From Lingula anatina (taxonomy: Eukaryota; Animalia; Brachiopoda): a stretch of DNA of 64,000 bases. Where the stretch lies: assembly GCA_051362555.1 (NCBI GenBank), contig CM120645.1:186001-250000 (forward strand), read 5' to 3'. Of the stretch, positions 50,424 through 61,628 are shown piece after piece (position 1 is the first letter of the stretch; every line of letters begins with the position of its first letter). The notes beneath the pieces were generated by a model that made no database searches, was not told where the DNA came from, and was given only the letters and a program-made list of their open reading frames with translations. Made by a program: the position numbers and the translations under genes.

Positions 50424-51237
50424 AGGGCAGCAGTTGCAGGTATTGTGGTAGGTGTGACTCAATGTTAGATTACAGTGTGTTAGGTTTGCACTGTATCATG
50501 TGTGACTTTTAGATCATAGTGTGTTAGGTGAGACACAATTCAGGTTTGCAGTGTGTTAGGTGTGACACAATCCAGGTTTGCAGTGTGTTAGGAGAGACGC
50601 AATCCAGGTTTGCAGTGTGTTAGGTGAGACACAATTCAGGTTTGCACTGTGTTAGGTGTGACACAATCCAGGTTTGCAGTGTGTTAGGAGAGACGCAATC
50701 CAGGTTTGCAGTGTGTTAGGAGAGACACAATCCAGGTTTGCAGTGTGTTAGGTGTGACACAATCCAGGTTTGCAGTGTGTTAGGTGAGACACAATCCAGG
50801 TTTGCAGTGTGTTAGGTGAGACACAATTCAGGTTTGCAGTGTGTTAGGTGAGACAGACATTCATCTGTAACATTTACCTGTGTCACCTCCTTCAGCCATC
50901 TCTGGTTGGGCAGCTTGCTTCAATAGGGTGTCCTGGATAAGTATCTGTCTGCAAATAATTGAAATAATCTTTATTTCCAGATAAACAATATTAATTATTT
51001 CTTTTAATATTATCTCAGTACGGCAAGTGTAAAAGCATGTGCCTGTCATTGATAACTTCACCTCTTTCACAATGAGTTCTCTGTAGAACTGCAGTATAAT
51101 ACAAGTTACCAAATCCTTTGTTTTGAACTGTAAACTAAAGGAATAAGACATGAAAGTTCAACTTACCCTGGGAAATACAAAAGCAGTGAGCCTGCCGCTA
51201 GTGCACAGATGTTACGTGCATAGATTCCTTTCACCAT
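41051..51237 (-). CDS. NAPEPLD: N-acyl-phosphatidylethanolamine-hydrolysing phospholipase D
   Basis: Seven in-frame exons 51237-51167, 50948-50878, 50175-50039, 49571-49080, 46187-46039, 45602-45485 and 41164-41051; [62 protein letters not shown]. Confidence 0.95.
41422..41588. mobile_element. MITE (inverted copy of 25488-25652)
   Basis: CAGGAGCAGATCC ... ATCCGCCCCTG with 6-bp flanking duplication CAATAA. Confidence 0.75.
42891..45024. mobile_element. Helentron/HINE-like element with about 160-bp internal tandem repeats, interrupted by an insertion
   Basis: Four units starting at about 42894, 43046, 43207 and 43368; the last resumes at 44861, followed by a GAC microsatellite and a 13-bp hairpin (44988-45017) before an A-rich end. 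Confidence 0.6.
43424..44860. mobile_element. Non-autonomous Tc1/mariner-pogo type DNA transposon (1437 bp)
   Basis: 26-bp TIRs CAGTAATTCTCCAATCTATACGAACG / CGTTCGTATAGATTGGAGAATTACCG (one mismatch), TA TSD on both sides, no long ORF. Confidence 0.88.
45209..45466. mobile_element. Palindromic MITE-like element
   Basis: Arms CCATCTCCAAGGGGATTCTCACTAAACTGCT and AGCAATTTAGCGAGAAACCCCTTGGAGATGG are inverted copies. Confidence 0.65.
46440..48575. repeat. 57-bp minisatellite, about 37 copies, in a NAPEPLD intron
   Basis: Unit GTAAACATGGAGGGCCAGTGAATGGTAGACAGGACAATGATCTTAAACTACAGTGTA arranged head to tail without spacers. Confidence 0.95.
50517..50856. repeat. 32-bp minisatellite, about 10 copies
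   Basis: Unit GTGTGTTAGGTGAGACACAATCCAGGTTTGCA. Confidence 0.92.
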
Positions 51238-51326
51238 GAAGAGGAACTACAGTCCTGAATAAGAAGATGGTATAAACTGGGGATGACTACAGGCTTTTAC
51301 AAATGGTTGGTGATATGCTGTACACA

Positions 51327-51550
51327 CAGGGGCAGATCCAGGATTATTTGAACTGGGGTCCAGTTTTTTTAGGAATGACAGGTCTTGGATGCATGCAAAG
51401 CTGACCTTGGCCCCCTTGGTGTAGAGTTTGGATACACTTCAAGGCCCCGAAATATTTTGCTGTTTTGGAGAGCAAACAATGCCACTGGTACGGTTTAGAA
51501 CTATGATTCAGCTTGTCAAAGAGGGGGATATTGGTGTGATTTATTTTTCA
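51327..51550. mobile_element. Truncated copy of the 30550-30826 element
   Basis: CAGGGGCAGATCCAGGATTATTTGAA...CTATGATTCAGCT...TTGGTGTGATTT matches 30550-30780. Confidence 0.6.
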
Positions 51551-54500
51551 GAAACCGCCACAGCCACATGTAGTAAAATTTTTTCCTGCTTTGTGTATGG
51601 AGATTCTGCCTGTGTGTAAGTCCAAAACAACTCTGCTTTGAAAAATTTTGAACTATTTATCTTGTCATTAAAGTAAAGATACTGGTAATTCATTAGATGG
51701 GAATGATGATCGAGGCACTGCTTGATTTACAAAAGAATATAAACATTCCTCTGGACACAGATAAAGGAAAATAATACACCCAATGCAATATTTAAAATAA
51801 AAAATGTTATCACGTACGTGCATGAAGCTCTGCATGTGTGTGTGTGTGTGTGTGTGTGTGAGGGGGGGGGGGGGGTGGGGGAGGGTTCTCATTCCCCCAA
51901 CCATGCACTCCGTTCGTACGGCTATGACTATGATATAAAATAAGTGTTTTCAATTGAAACTGTTCGTCTTTTCACTAACCTGCTTCTTTTCTTCCACACC
52001 GTGTCACGTATACCTAAACTTGCAAGTCATGTTGACCTGCTAGTATAAACAAATCAAGCGTTATGAATCACGGTCGAAAAAATAGGTGGTAACACCTACA
52101 ATAGATGGCGCTTATAAACAAGACACGCCCCTCCCCCCCCCTCCACACCCGCACGCACAAATATTGAGAAGGGAGTTGATGTCTTGATGGAAAATACGAA
52201 CTGAAAAACGAATAAAACTATATAACATTTTAAAATGGTAAACGAAAAGAATGTGTCAAAATGCATATTTCGCCCCGTGCCCATGCCCCCTTCCCTGTTG
52301 CTCTCATTAATATTAATATTAGTATTATTATTGGTATTACAATTATAATTACTTTTATATAATCATAATTAATTCATTTATTTAACATTAGTTGAGGCGA
52401 ACACATAATGATGCTTTTCGCCAGCTTTTGAATTTATTTATTTATTTTTGTATATTTGTTTATCTTTATTATAGAAATAAATCTGTTTAAAAAAATGAAA
52501 AATACGAATCGAAAAAAAAAAAAAAAATAAATAAATAAATAAATAAAAATGAGCACAATCGGAGATATATCACAACTAACGCAATTTCTCCAGAGAAAGA
52601 CTTCGGTTTCAAAAACTTGAAATATCAGCCTGCAGACCTTATCCCAGATAATGAAGAAAGGATGAGCTGGGATAATATAAGATACTGTAAGATAAGATTA
52701 AGGTGCATTCAGCCATTAATATACACATTAAAATTCACATTTAACAGGGAGTTCGATAAAATGATTTCATTGGATGTAAAATCCATCACCGTTTTTTTAA
52801 AGTACACTCGTACCCTTTGTATTTCCTTTTTTAACTGTTTATCTATATAGTCTAATATACATGTTGGTCTTTCCATGTCAGTGAAGTGTTGAATTCCACC
52901 TCGGCAGTCTCATATCGCTTTACTATAGTGCCACAGATGTGAATATGCTCTAATACATGCACATATTTCTTTTGTTTCTGAAGTTATCAGCCATTTATAT
53001 CAATCATCTGTCCCATGCAGTGAATTCTGAAAACATGTTTCATACTTTACAAGGACCAGCTGGGTGTGCTGCAATACTGTGATCAGTGCATGGGGAGCTA
53101 ATTAATACACCTGTAGCTATCATCATTATAGAATGAAATGAAGGCCCTAATTACGAGTACTTTGGAGCATCTTGGAGTTATCAAACGAAATTCAAGAGAA
53201 GGAAGAAGGAAGAACATGTAGCTGTCAATATGCTACCAGTACGTTTTCATAATTGACAGAACGACCATAGGGCCTATCATTTGACCCCACTAAATATATA
53301 TATATAAAATCAATAGTACAATTAGTTTACCCCGGTACATGTCGTACGGAAAAAACGTTCCTCATGACTGCCCCCATTGTTACTGTCCAGTCTGTTGGAC
53401 ACGTTGTTTATATTTGGTTACAGGCCTATCTATTCTGTATCTATAATCAGCGTATTGCCAGATGAAAGGTCAAAAAAGGATAATGCGAAAAAAAAGATTG
53501 CTCAAATTAGACCCAAGGCGCGCCGTTAGATGGTAATCTGTGTAATCCGCCGTGCTGGTACTTTACTTCTATGCTATGTCAAATCACATATCGGATTTCC
53601 AAAGATTTGAACATGCACGTGAACACTTTGTTTAGGACGCTAATGAAGCCACTGTTAATGTTTTGCTTGCTGTGATAGATGACCGGGATATATTGATTGC
53701 ATGGCTTGTCTTTTTTTCCCGTCAGAACACTCGTCTCACCATCTAGTTAAAACGTTAACAATCCAGGATTGTTATAATTAATTTACATTATTTGGTTCCA
53801 TTATAAATCTCTCGTCGTGTAAATGCCATTAAACATACTACGTTTGTCACAATAAAAAAAAAACATGTCACAGAAATATGAGATTATGCTTCCTTGCAAA
53901 ATATGAATCCATCATTTCAATGGTCGGTGGAAGCCTTGCATTATGTAGACCTACCGGTACACCCACATCCGCACTGAAAACATGGTACCTCGTGTCGCAT
54001 TTCCTTATAGATATGAGTGTTTTTTCCGATAAGCGAAAATGCCTATAATATACGTTACCGTTAAATGGTTTACATGTTATAACCCGCCTAGCTCCTACTT
54101 GATATGTGTTTGAAGCTCTCTATTTCGTTAAATTCATACACGAACATGTATATATAGATTACGCGTTTCTCTCAGCGTTGGCAGAACGTCATTAGCCTCG
54201 TGGAAAGGTCAAGGTCAGTGTTCTGAGTCTTTGGGTGACATGGTGGGGCAAAGGGCAGAGGTTCCAAAATACTTACGATGATTTCATATTGCCCCAGGGT
54301 GTGGTTGGCCTGGGGGCCGGGGTGGACTGGGGTGGGGTGGGGTGGGCCTGGCAGTAGGGCGTGTCCGGGCCATCATTCTAGATCAACCTTACCAGAAATA
54401 AATTAATTATCTGAGCAAAATTTGGGACAAGGTCAACAAAGACAGCTTGTGTTTTAAGGAGGTCAGTGGAAGTTCAGTTCACGAGGCCTGCTGATAACAC

Positions 54501-55813
54501 AGGCGAGTTGCCACACCGTCCAGGATCCCCTTCGGGCAATCCTGGTAAACCTTTAATGGCTATCCTAACCTAGCTATTAGTACCTGGACTAACGAGATCC
54601 TAGGGGGTTCTCCTATTATATTATATTTTTGTACATGTAGCAGTGCATCTCTAATCTATCAAAGTACGCTATGTTTCAAGGGGAGCTCATTAAATAAAAC
54701 AATCAATCAGAAAACACGCATGTACGCATAATGGTACAGCGAGATATGAAGTGGAGCGGAAGGTTTCTCCTCTATCTTATAAAGCCAAAGTGTGCTCTTG
54801 CGTGAGTGACAATTCTACAGAGTTGTAATAAATGGATCCACGTAAAGGTATGCTTTTGTATTTTATTGATTCGTGACAGAAAAAATAGTCCAGTTGAGAT
54901 GATATCCAGCTCTACACATTGTTTTTAAACAGCTTCCCGCTTTTATTTCCACAGGTATTATATACTGTATATGCGTTTTAGGCCTTGTTTTGGGTATCAA
55001 ATAAACACAAAGATTTCATATACAGTATGCAGTTATTCTGCTAGTAAAATGTCGAGTTAAGTATTGTATCATTCTATCAGTAACTCTGGTGGGCAGTGCA
55101 TTGCTTTGAATTCAGATCCAGTTGTCAAGATGATGGAAAAGCTAGAAATGAAAAGTAAAATTACCATTTAATTTTTCATTTACAAAAATAAATAAAATTG
55201 TTATTTGGGAATTTATAAATAAATAAATGCAGTTGTGGTCTCCTGCAAGAAGAGATACATATGGTATAAAGATGGCGGGGATATGGCTTCATAATTCTTA
55301 CTAACAGAAAAAAGATATTTCTTCCTTATAAGTGATGGTTTGCCTTTCTCGATACCTTCCATGATAATTTTTAAAACATGGGTGAGGGGTTGTTAAAGTA
55401 CATTTCAGTACACGAGCAGAACGACTGGAGTACGTGGACGTTGGGAACCAAGAAAAGCGTCGGACGCAAAACAACTGATCAAATCCCTTGGTTAATATTT
55501 CACACTAAGTACTTGTCCCTCGAGTGTTAAAGCGTAAAAATTGGAGGAAAAAACAGGAGGCTACAACTGAAACACATGCGTTCCGTTCAATTGAGGTACG
55601 TTACGTACGTTATTTCTAAAGTACATGTATAGGCACAATTACAAAATAAATGTAATTGTTTCTGAAGTGTAGCGAACCAAATTGTCCCCAAAGTGGGCTT
55701 TGATCTTCTAAATAAAAGGAACCGAAATGTACTTTACATCTGCCTGTCCTTCAGACATGAAGTCAGTTAACCTTTACTAGAAAACTGGTAAGGCCCATAT
55801 CTCTCTCTCTCTC

Positions 55814-55855
<42 letters not shown>

Positions 55856-58800
55856 CCCGCGTGTGCGTTGTTTGACTTTTGAAATAAAGGGCTGACATAA
55901 ATAATGAATAATCAGTTTTGGCTTGTAATGTAAAAAAGTGCGACCATAAAAGATACTCCCATTATATATTAAATATCATATCAAAGGCACTGATTTGCAG
56001 AACAATCCAATTCTGAAGCATTCAGATATAGCTTTTGGCCTTTTAAATTTCCAGATCGAAAATACGGTTTCAGCAGGTCGCACTTGTTACATGAAAAGAC
56101 TGAGTCACATTTTCTATTTTTGACTTGCTACACGTACACTGTACATTATATACTTGTATTTGTGAGGGTTAACGCTGCTATAGAAGTACTGATGGAGCTC
56201 CTGGAATGTAGAACTTGTCGAGGCCAAACACATCTTTGATTTGGCGGATTGTTATATGACAAAATTGATCTTTGTAGCATGATATTGCATGACAGTGTCT
56301 TGCCAGATACAGAGGACAAAAACATCTTTTGTTGAAGCAATTCTCACAGCTCGCCAATGTCGTTGTTTAATGCCAGAAATAAACATATATCTGAACAGTT
56401 GCATAAATATCGAATTGCAATATGCTGAACATGCAAAGTTCTTTCCTGCAAACCCTTCATAGCAGTGATGGAAGAGTATAATCGTTAATAGATTGAGCTT
56501 TAAAATATATACGTGTTTCGGGAATAAAAAGCTTTGTGTCCAGTAACAACTTCACCCACTGATTGGTAACTGACCAGCCGAACAGGAATGTTGGTATAAT
56601 CTCCACAATCCGGTGTGACAGGAGTGGTAGTCCGCTAGGAACTGTAGTCCGCCTCCCATTTCTTTGTAAAGATGGCATTCATCCCATATACACTAACCCC
56701 AAAACTCCCACTAATCCTGACATGTACTCATCATATGTGACCCCGGAATTCCATTCCTACGACTACCGTTCCCGTCACACCGAGTCATTAGGAGTACGGT
56801 GACAACAGGAAACAGACGCTTTAACCATGACCTCCTGCTTGGGGGCATCTGAACTAAAATCATCATCTGTTATATATTTAGAATTGACGGTACTGACGAT
56901 GCCCTAAGCAATCTCTTTTTCGCCGACTTCATTTAGACACATATTTTAAAAACAACGCATTGCCGCAGCTGGTATATAAGTACAGCTTGGTAAGATCATA
57001 AACAGGGCTTAATTGGTCCCGAGTTAGACCTATCAACAACACATGCGAAACCCATGGTAATAAACAAGTATGGTGAAGTCCAATAGTCCATGTCTGTCCC
57101 CAGAAGGTCACCAACTGCACTGGACGTGTATGTCCCCAGAAGAACATCAACTGCTTTTACTGATCTTACGGGAGGTGGAAATAGCAAGACTAATGTTCTT
57201 TCATACTCCTTATTTACTGCTTCCCAGTTCCCTTCTTTCCATTTGTCTCTCTTTGCTTCATTCAGTCCCAGCTTACGAAGTTCACCCCGTTCACATTTAA
57301 ATTGCATTAAATGTAACACGTGTAGACAGGGGTCAGTCTTATTCTTTGCGTTCATCACACCCACGCCACTTTTGGAAAATTATGACATAACATAAAATAA
57401 TCAATAAATAAACTTTCGAAATTGAAAAGAATTTGGCTTTTAAACCTACCAATTTAAAGTGTCTCGTTTTAAACAATTCCTGAACGAGATTTTCACGGAT
57501 TGTAATGGTATTTCAGTAAGTGCCATCCTTTGAGTTGCCAGCACCTCTCCCAACGGGACTTAATTTCATCTTTCACTTGTCAACAACGATATAATTACGC
57601 CTCTTTCCAAGAATTCTCAGCATCCATGATTTTGGTGGCAGAAGAACTAATCTATACCATCCGCCTCTAAACATGCGTTCATTAACACGCTCCATCAGTT
57701 GCACTATTTGTAATCTGATAATGAGCGTCTCATTTGTAAAATATGGCAATTCTGAAAATAAAATAGCTAAGTCTAAGGACCCAAAATGAATTACGTTAGG
57801 ACATTGAAGTAGACAAGACTCGATCACATGCCTTATCTGTTCTCTCTTTTACATGTTTAGTCTTTGACGTTTTTGATGTTTCTCCGACAAAATAGAACCC
57901 GTTGGAACCCATAATATACCCTTGAACTTGGTAAATTATTATCAAGTGCGTGTTTGTAATGACAATAAAAAACTCAGATATGACAGAAAATACTTTGTTT
58001 TACGTGTAGTCCCGTAAGATGTTATCCAAAATTGGACCTGGAAAAATATGAACAAGCAGTTGAAGCTGACAGGGGAAATAAATGAAAGGAATCCATTTGA
58101 ATAAAGAATTTCGCTTCGATAGCTCGGCCTGTAAGATACATACTTGTAGCAAGAGAACTGTTTTATACATTTCCTATAACGAACACAAATTACATCTACC
58201 AGTTACCTACACACCTCCAATAAAGTTCAATTGTCAAATAAATAAATAAATAAATACATAAATATATTGACTTCATCGCTCTGTCAGCAAAAAGGGCTTT
58301 TGAAATTTTATCTACATGAACTTTTTCCTCCGGTTTGTTGAAGCACAGGAAGTGAGCAGGAAATCTGCTCAAATATCATTTGCGGGGATTCCTTATGACA
58401 CTCTGTGGCATTGCTTTCAGTTCTGCTATTTGAAACCGTTTGGTGGTATTTGGTTAGATGTAGCAGCAATAATTTAACTTGCCTGCTCACTTAATATGTA
58501 CCTTGAAAAACGCATCCACTGTGATAAAAATGTGATCATCGACTTTCTGTTTCTGTAAATCTTGGTCTGATGTTTGTGTACTTTGGTGTAAGCCCTTGGT
58601 TACGTTTTGCCGCTTTCTTTAATAGATGTGGCATCGGTATATTCCTTAAAAAACACGGGATTCAATCCAGTACCTGTACCTAACCGAAGTACAGGACGTT
58701 AAGGTCATATACTCTGAAATATATCATTATGTGACCTAGTTTTAGTTCGTCTTTCATTTCATATTTTTTTATCAGTCCATCATACCTGGTATCCTAACGG

Positions 58801-59774
58801 ACAAAACCGATCATAATAAGATGTAGGGCCGTCATTGCACTGCGGCCCCAAGGAATGCATCTTGTGCAGTGTATGTTGTGACAAGAAACAAATAAATGCG
58901 TTACGTGGACACAATGCTGTTTATTTACAGGATAAGTGCAGTTTTACAGAAGAATGTGTACATATTGTGAGTATCCGCTAACATAGAATATACATGTAAA
59001 TGATACTGAATAAAACCACGTCGCTGTCTTTTATATCACTGGCGATTTATATGTATATCAACCCCTGGGTTAAAAAGTATTCAAAATAACTATTGTCCAT
59101 TATTCGTGACTAATCATTGCTTGCATAAAAATGGCTCTTTCACATACCGCCCTCTGAGAAAAACTTAAAAACTGAATATGATGACTATTAGGGTTAGTAG
59201 CGACTTGGCCCACATACAAATTCTGTGGGCTCAATTTTTGTCTTTTCTCCACTTTTGTGACGTCACGAGACCCGCATCGGGCCGTCACTTTGCTAACTGT
59301 AACCTCTATGATATATATATACAGCACATGTGATTTTTGGCCGTGCAGCTTCCACATAGTACAATGGCAGTGGATTCTATTCTGTATTTATCGTGTCCCT
59401 GCATGTTAAAAAACGAAGTTAACAATCGTGAAATATACAATGAATAGAATCTTAAGACACGCCCCATATTAATAACACGGGAACATGTACAACATATACA
59501 TTTTATAAGATCACACGCAGTTATGCGTGTGCATTCAAAACCGTCTAAAAATTTTCAAAAAGAGGTAAATATTATCACTAACATCAAAACATAATTGAAA
59601 TTAAGTTATTTTAAGACATGAGAAAAGGTCATGCATTTTAATTCGTACCAAAATGTAAGTAGTTGGTGAAAATGGAATGGGTGTTAAAGCGTTACAAAAT
59701 ATAGCTCAATATGAGTCGGGAATGTCGTCAAATGTCAAGACTAAACATAGAAACTTAATTAGTTGCATTTCAAA

Positions 59775-59893
<119 letters not shown>

Positions 59894-60479
59894 TTCTAAT
59901 AATGTTGAAAGATGGTATTGAGCTTCGTAAAATAACGCAATTTGGGAAGAAGACTTAAACAGGCATTTGGTAGGATACAATCCGGTGCAATATAGGACAT
60001 TGTTGCAATATCAAAATCAATTTCAAAGAGTACTGCCATAATCCGTGCCTTGAAATATCTAGGGCTATAAATATCAATTAGTATCTTAAACGTTTTCACA
60101 AACCCATATTTCAAATGGTTGCCATAAATGTTTTTTCTTTAATCCCGTGGCACTGAATCAAATCGATCAGCAACTATTAAAACCACCCTAACAAAGGGCT
60201 TAACAATGGTATTTGTAACTTCACAATAGGCGCATATTTCAGCGTTATGAAAGTATTTTGGATATCGACTTACTTGTGTTCATGCGGTAAGGTTTGATAT
60301 GTACTAGATGTCCCATGTCTATTTGTTAGTGTGTATGCTGAGATGACATTTAATGTGGACAAACCTAACTATTGATTTTAAATCTTACACGCAACGCAGA
60401 ACACATGTCAAAGTGACACCCGTTTGGAATGTCAACCCTGCCGTACGGTACTTCCTGTGACGGTTTCTGATGGCATTTT

Positions 60480-61628
60480 TCAAACAGTAGAAACGCATTC
60501 ATCTTTCGTATCGGCGCAGTGTGATTCCGTCACTGTCTGATTGACCACTGTCCACTCACGTTGTGGGGCTTTGGTCAAAGGACCTCCGCACCTGCAATTG
60601 CAAAACCAGTCCCATAGACCAAGACGAAACCGTTTGGAGGCCGCGACGAACAGCATAACATTTAAGGCGTAGTGAGTCAGACTGACAAGATGGAGCCAGG
60701 AGTCTATGAATCTTTCTGACTCCGAGGCTGGGTACGTGACTTCCGTCTTCAGTCTGACTCCGTGCCAAGGCAATGACATAATTAGATACAACACTGTCAC
60801 GAGTAAGGCAACGTTAATTAGGCCTCTTTGGGGTACAATCTTGAGTCGTTTCTCAGATTCGTCGATTCCAACGTGGTTGTCTTCAACTGATTCTTTAGAT
60901 TGGCAACGACTGTTTGTTGTCAGTCCCACGCTGCTTGGTCTTTTATTCGCCGCGGATAGTTTCTTTTTAACGAGAAAGTATACTGACAACACAGTCAAAC
61001 CAATCATCAGAAGGTCTGGGATTACGATTACTATCGCCAATTCCACTTTTACCATGATTGATAAAAAATCCGAATGGTAGTAAAACATTGGGACACAAAG
61101 ATGACGATTTTTCCCGGACATCCACGTCCAGTAAAGATTCAGTATGACGGCCATCACCGCCAGCACTGTGATGTAGCATTTACTCCTGAAAGTGCTGCAT
61201 GTTTTGTTAAACTTCGGCTGGCGACTGAGGCTGAGATATGTGGAGGTTATGGCTGCACACAAGTACCAGGCTGACAACATATTGCAGGTATAGGACGTGT
61301 ACACGATGATCTGACAGACGCCCTCTGGGATGTTGATGTCTGGCTGGACAGTGGGCAGCCATTGCAGTGTGGACGCAGACAGAAACCCTATGTCCACTGC
61401 ACATTTAGCCGACAGGTACTGGCTGATGGCGAACTTCCGCAGGTGCTTGCTGCGAGATAGGATGATGGCGGGCAGAAGACTACACAGTATTCCCAGGCTG
61501 CTCACTATCGCTCTGTAGTTTTGTGAGGTTGGTGAAAGACAGTTCCAGCAATTTGTTATATCTTCTTCTTGAAATGCTGAGCCATTAGGGCCCTTTGAAC
61601 TGTTCTTCTGCCAATCCGAATAGTTCAT
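60480..61628 (-). CDS. Rhodopsin-like (class A) orphan GPCR, single exon, 382 aa
   Basis: Seven hydrophobic segments, TM2 YLSAKCAVD, TM3 Cys and SAW, ECL2 Cys, TM5 Pro, TM6 LP, and a helix-8-like SKRFR. Confidence 0.85.
   Translation of the reverse strand: MNYSDWQKNSSKGPNGSAFQEEDITNCWNCLSPTSQNYRAIVSSLGILCSLLPAIILSRSKHLRKFAISQYLSAKCAVDIGFLSASTLQWLPTVQPDINIPEGVCQIIVYTSYTCNMLSAWYLCAAITSTYLSLSRQPKFNKTCSTFRSKCYITVLAVMAVILNLYWTWMSGKNRHLCVPMFYYHSDFLSIMVKVELAIVIVIPDLLMIGLTVLSVYFLVKKKLSAANKRPSSVGLTTNSRCQSKESVEDNHVGIDESEKRLKIVPQRGLINVALLVTVLYLIMSLPWHGVRLKTEVTYPASESERFIDSWLHLVSLTHYALNVMLFVAASKRFRLGLWDWFCNCRCGGPLTKAPQREWTVVNQTVTESHCADTKDECVSTV

Noticed and set aside
8866-51237. A functionally linked gene cluster (glycan, immune and lipid genes)
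   Set aside because: Mixed strands and unrelated families; nothing in the sequence indicates co-regulation beyond one head-to-head pair.
54206-54217. AGGTCAAGGTCA nuclear-receptor element
   Set aside because: Short motif that also occurs in invertebrate repeats; no supporting evidence of function.
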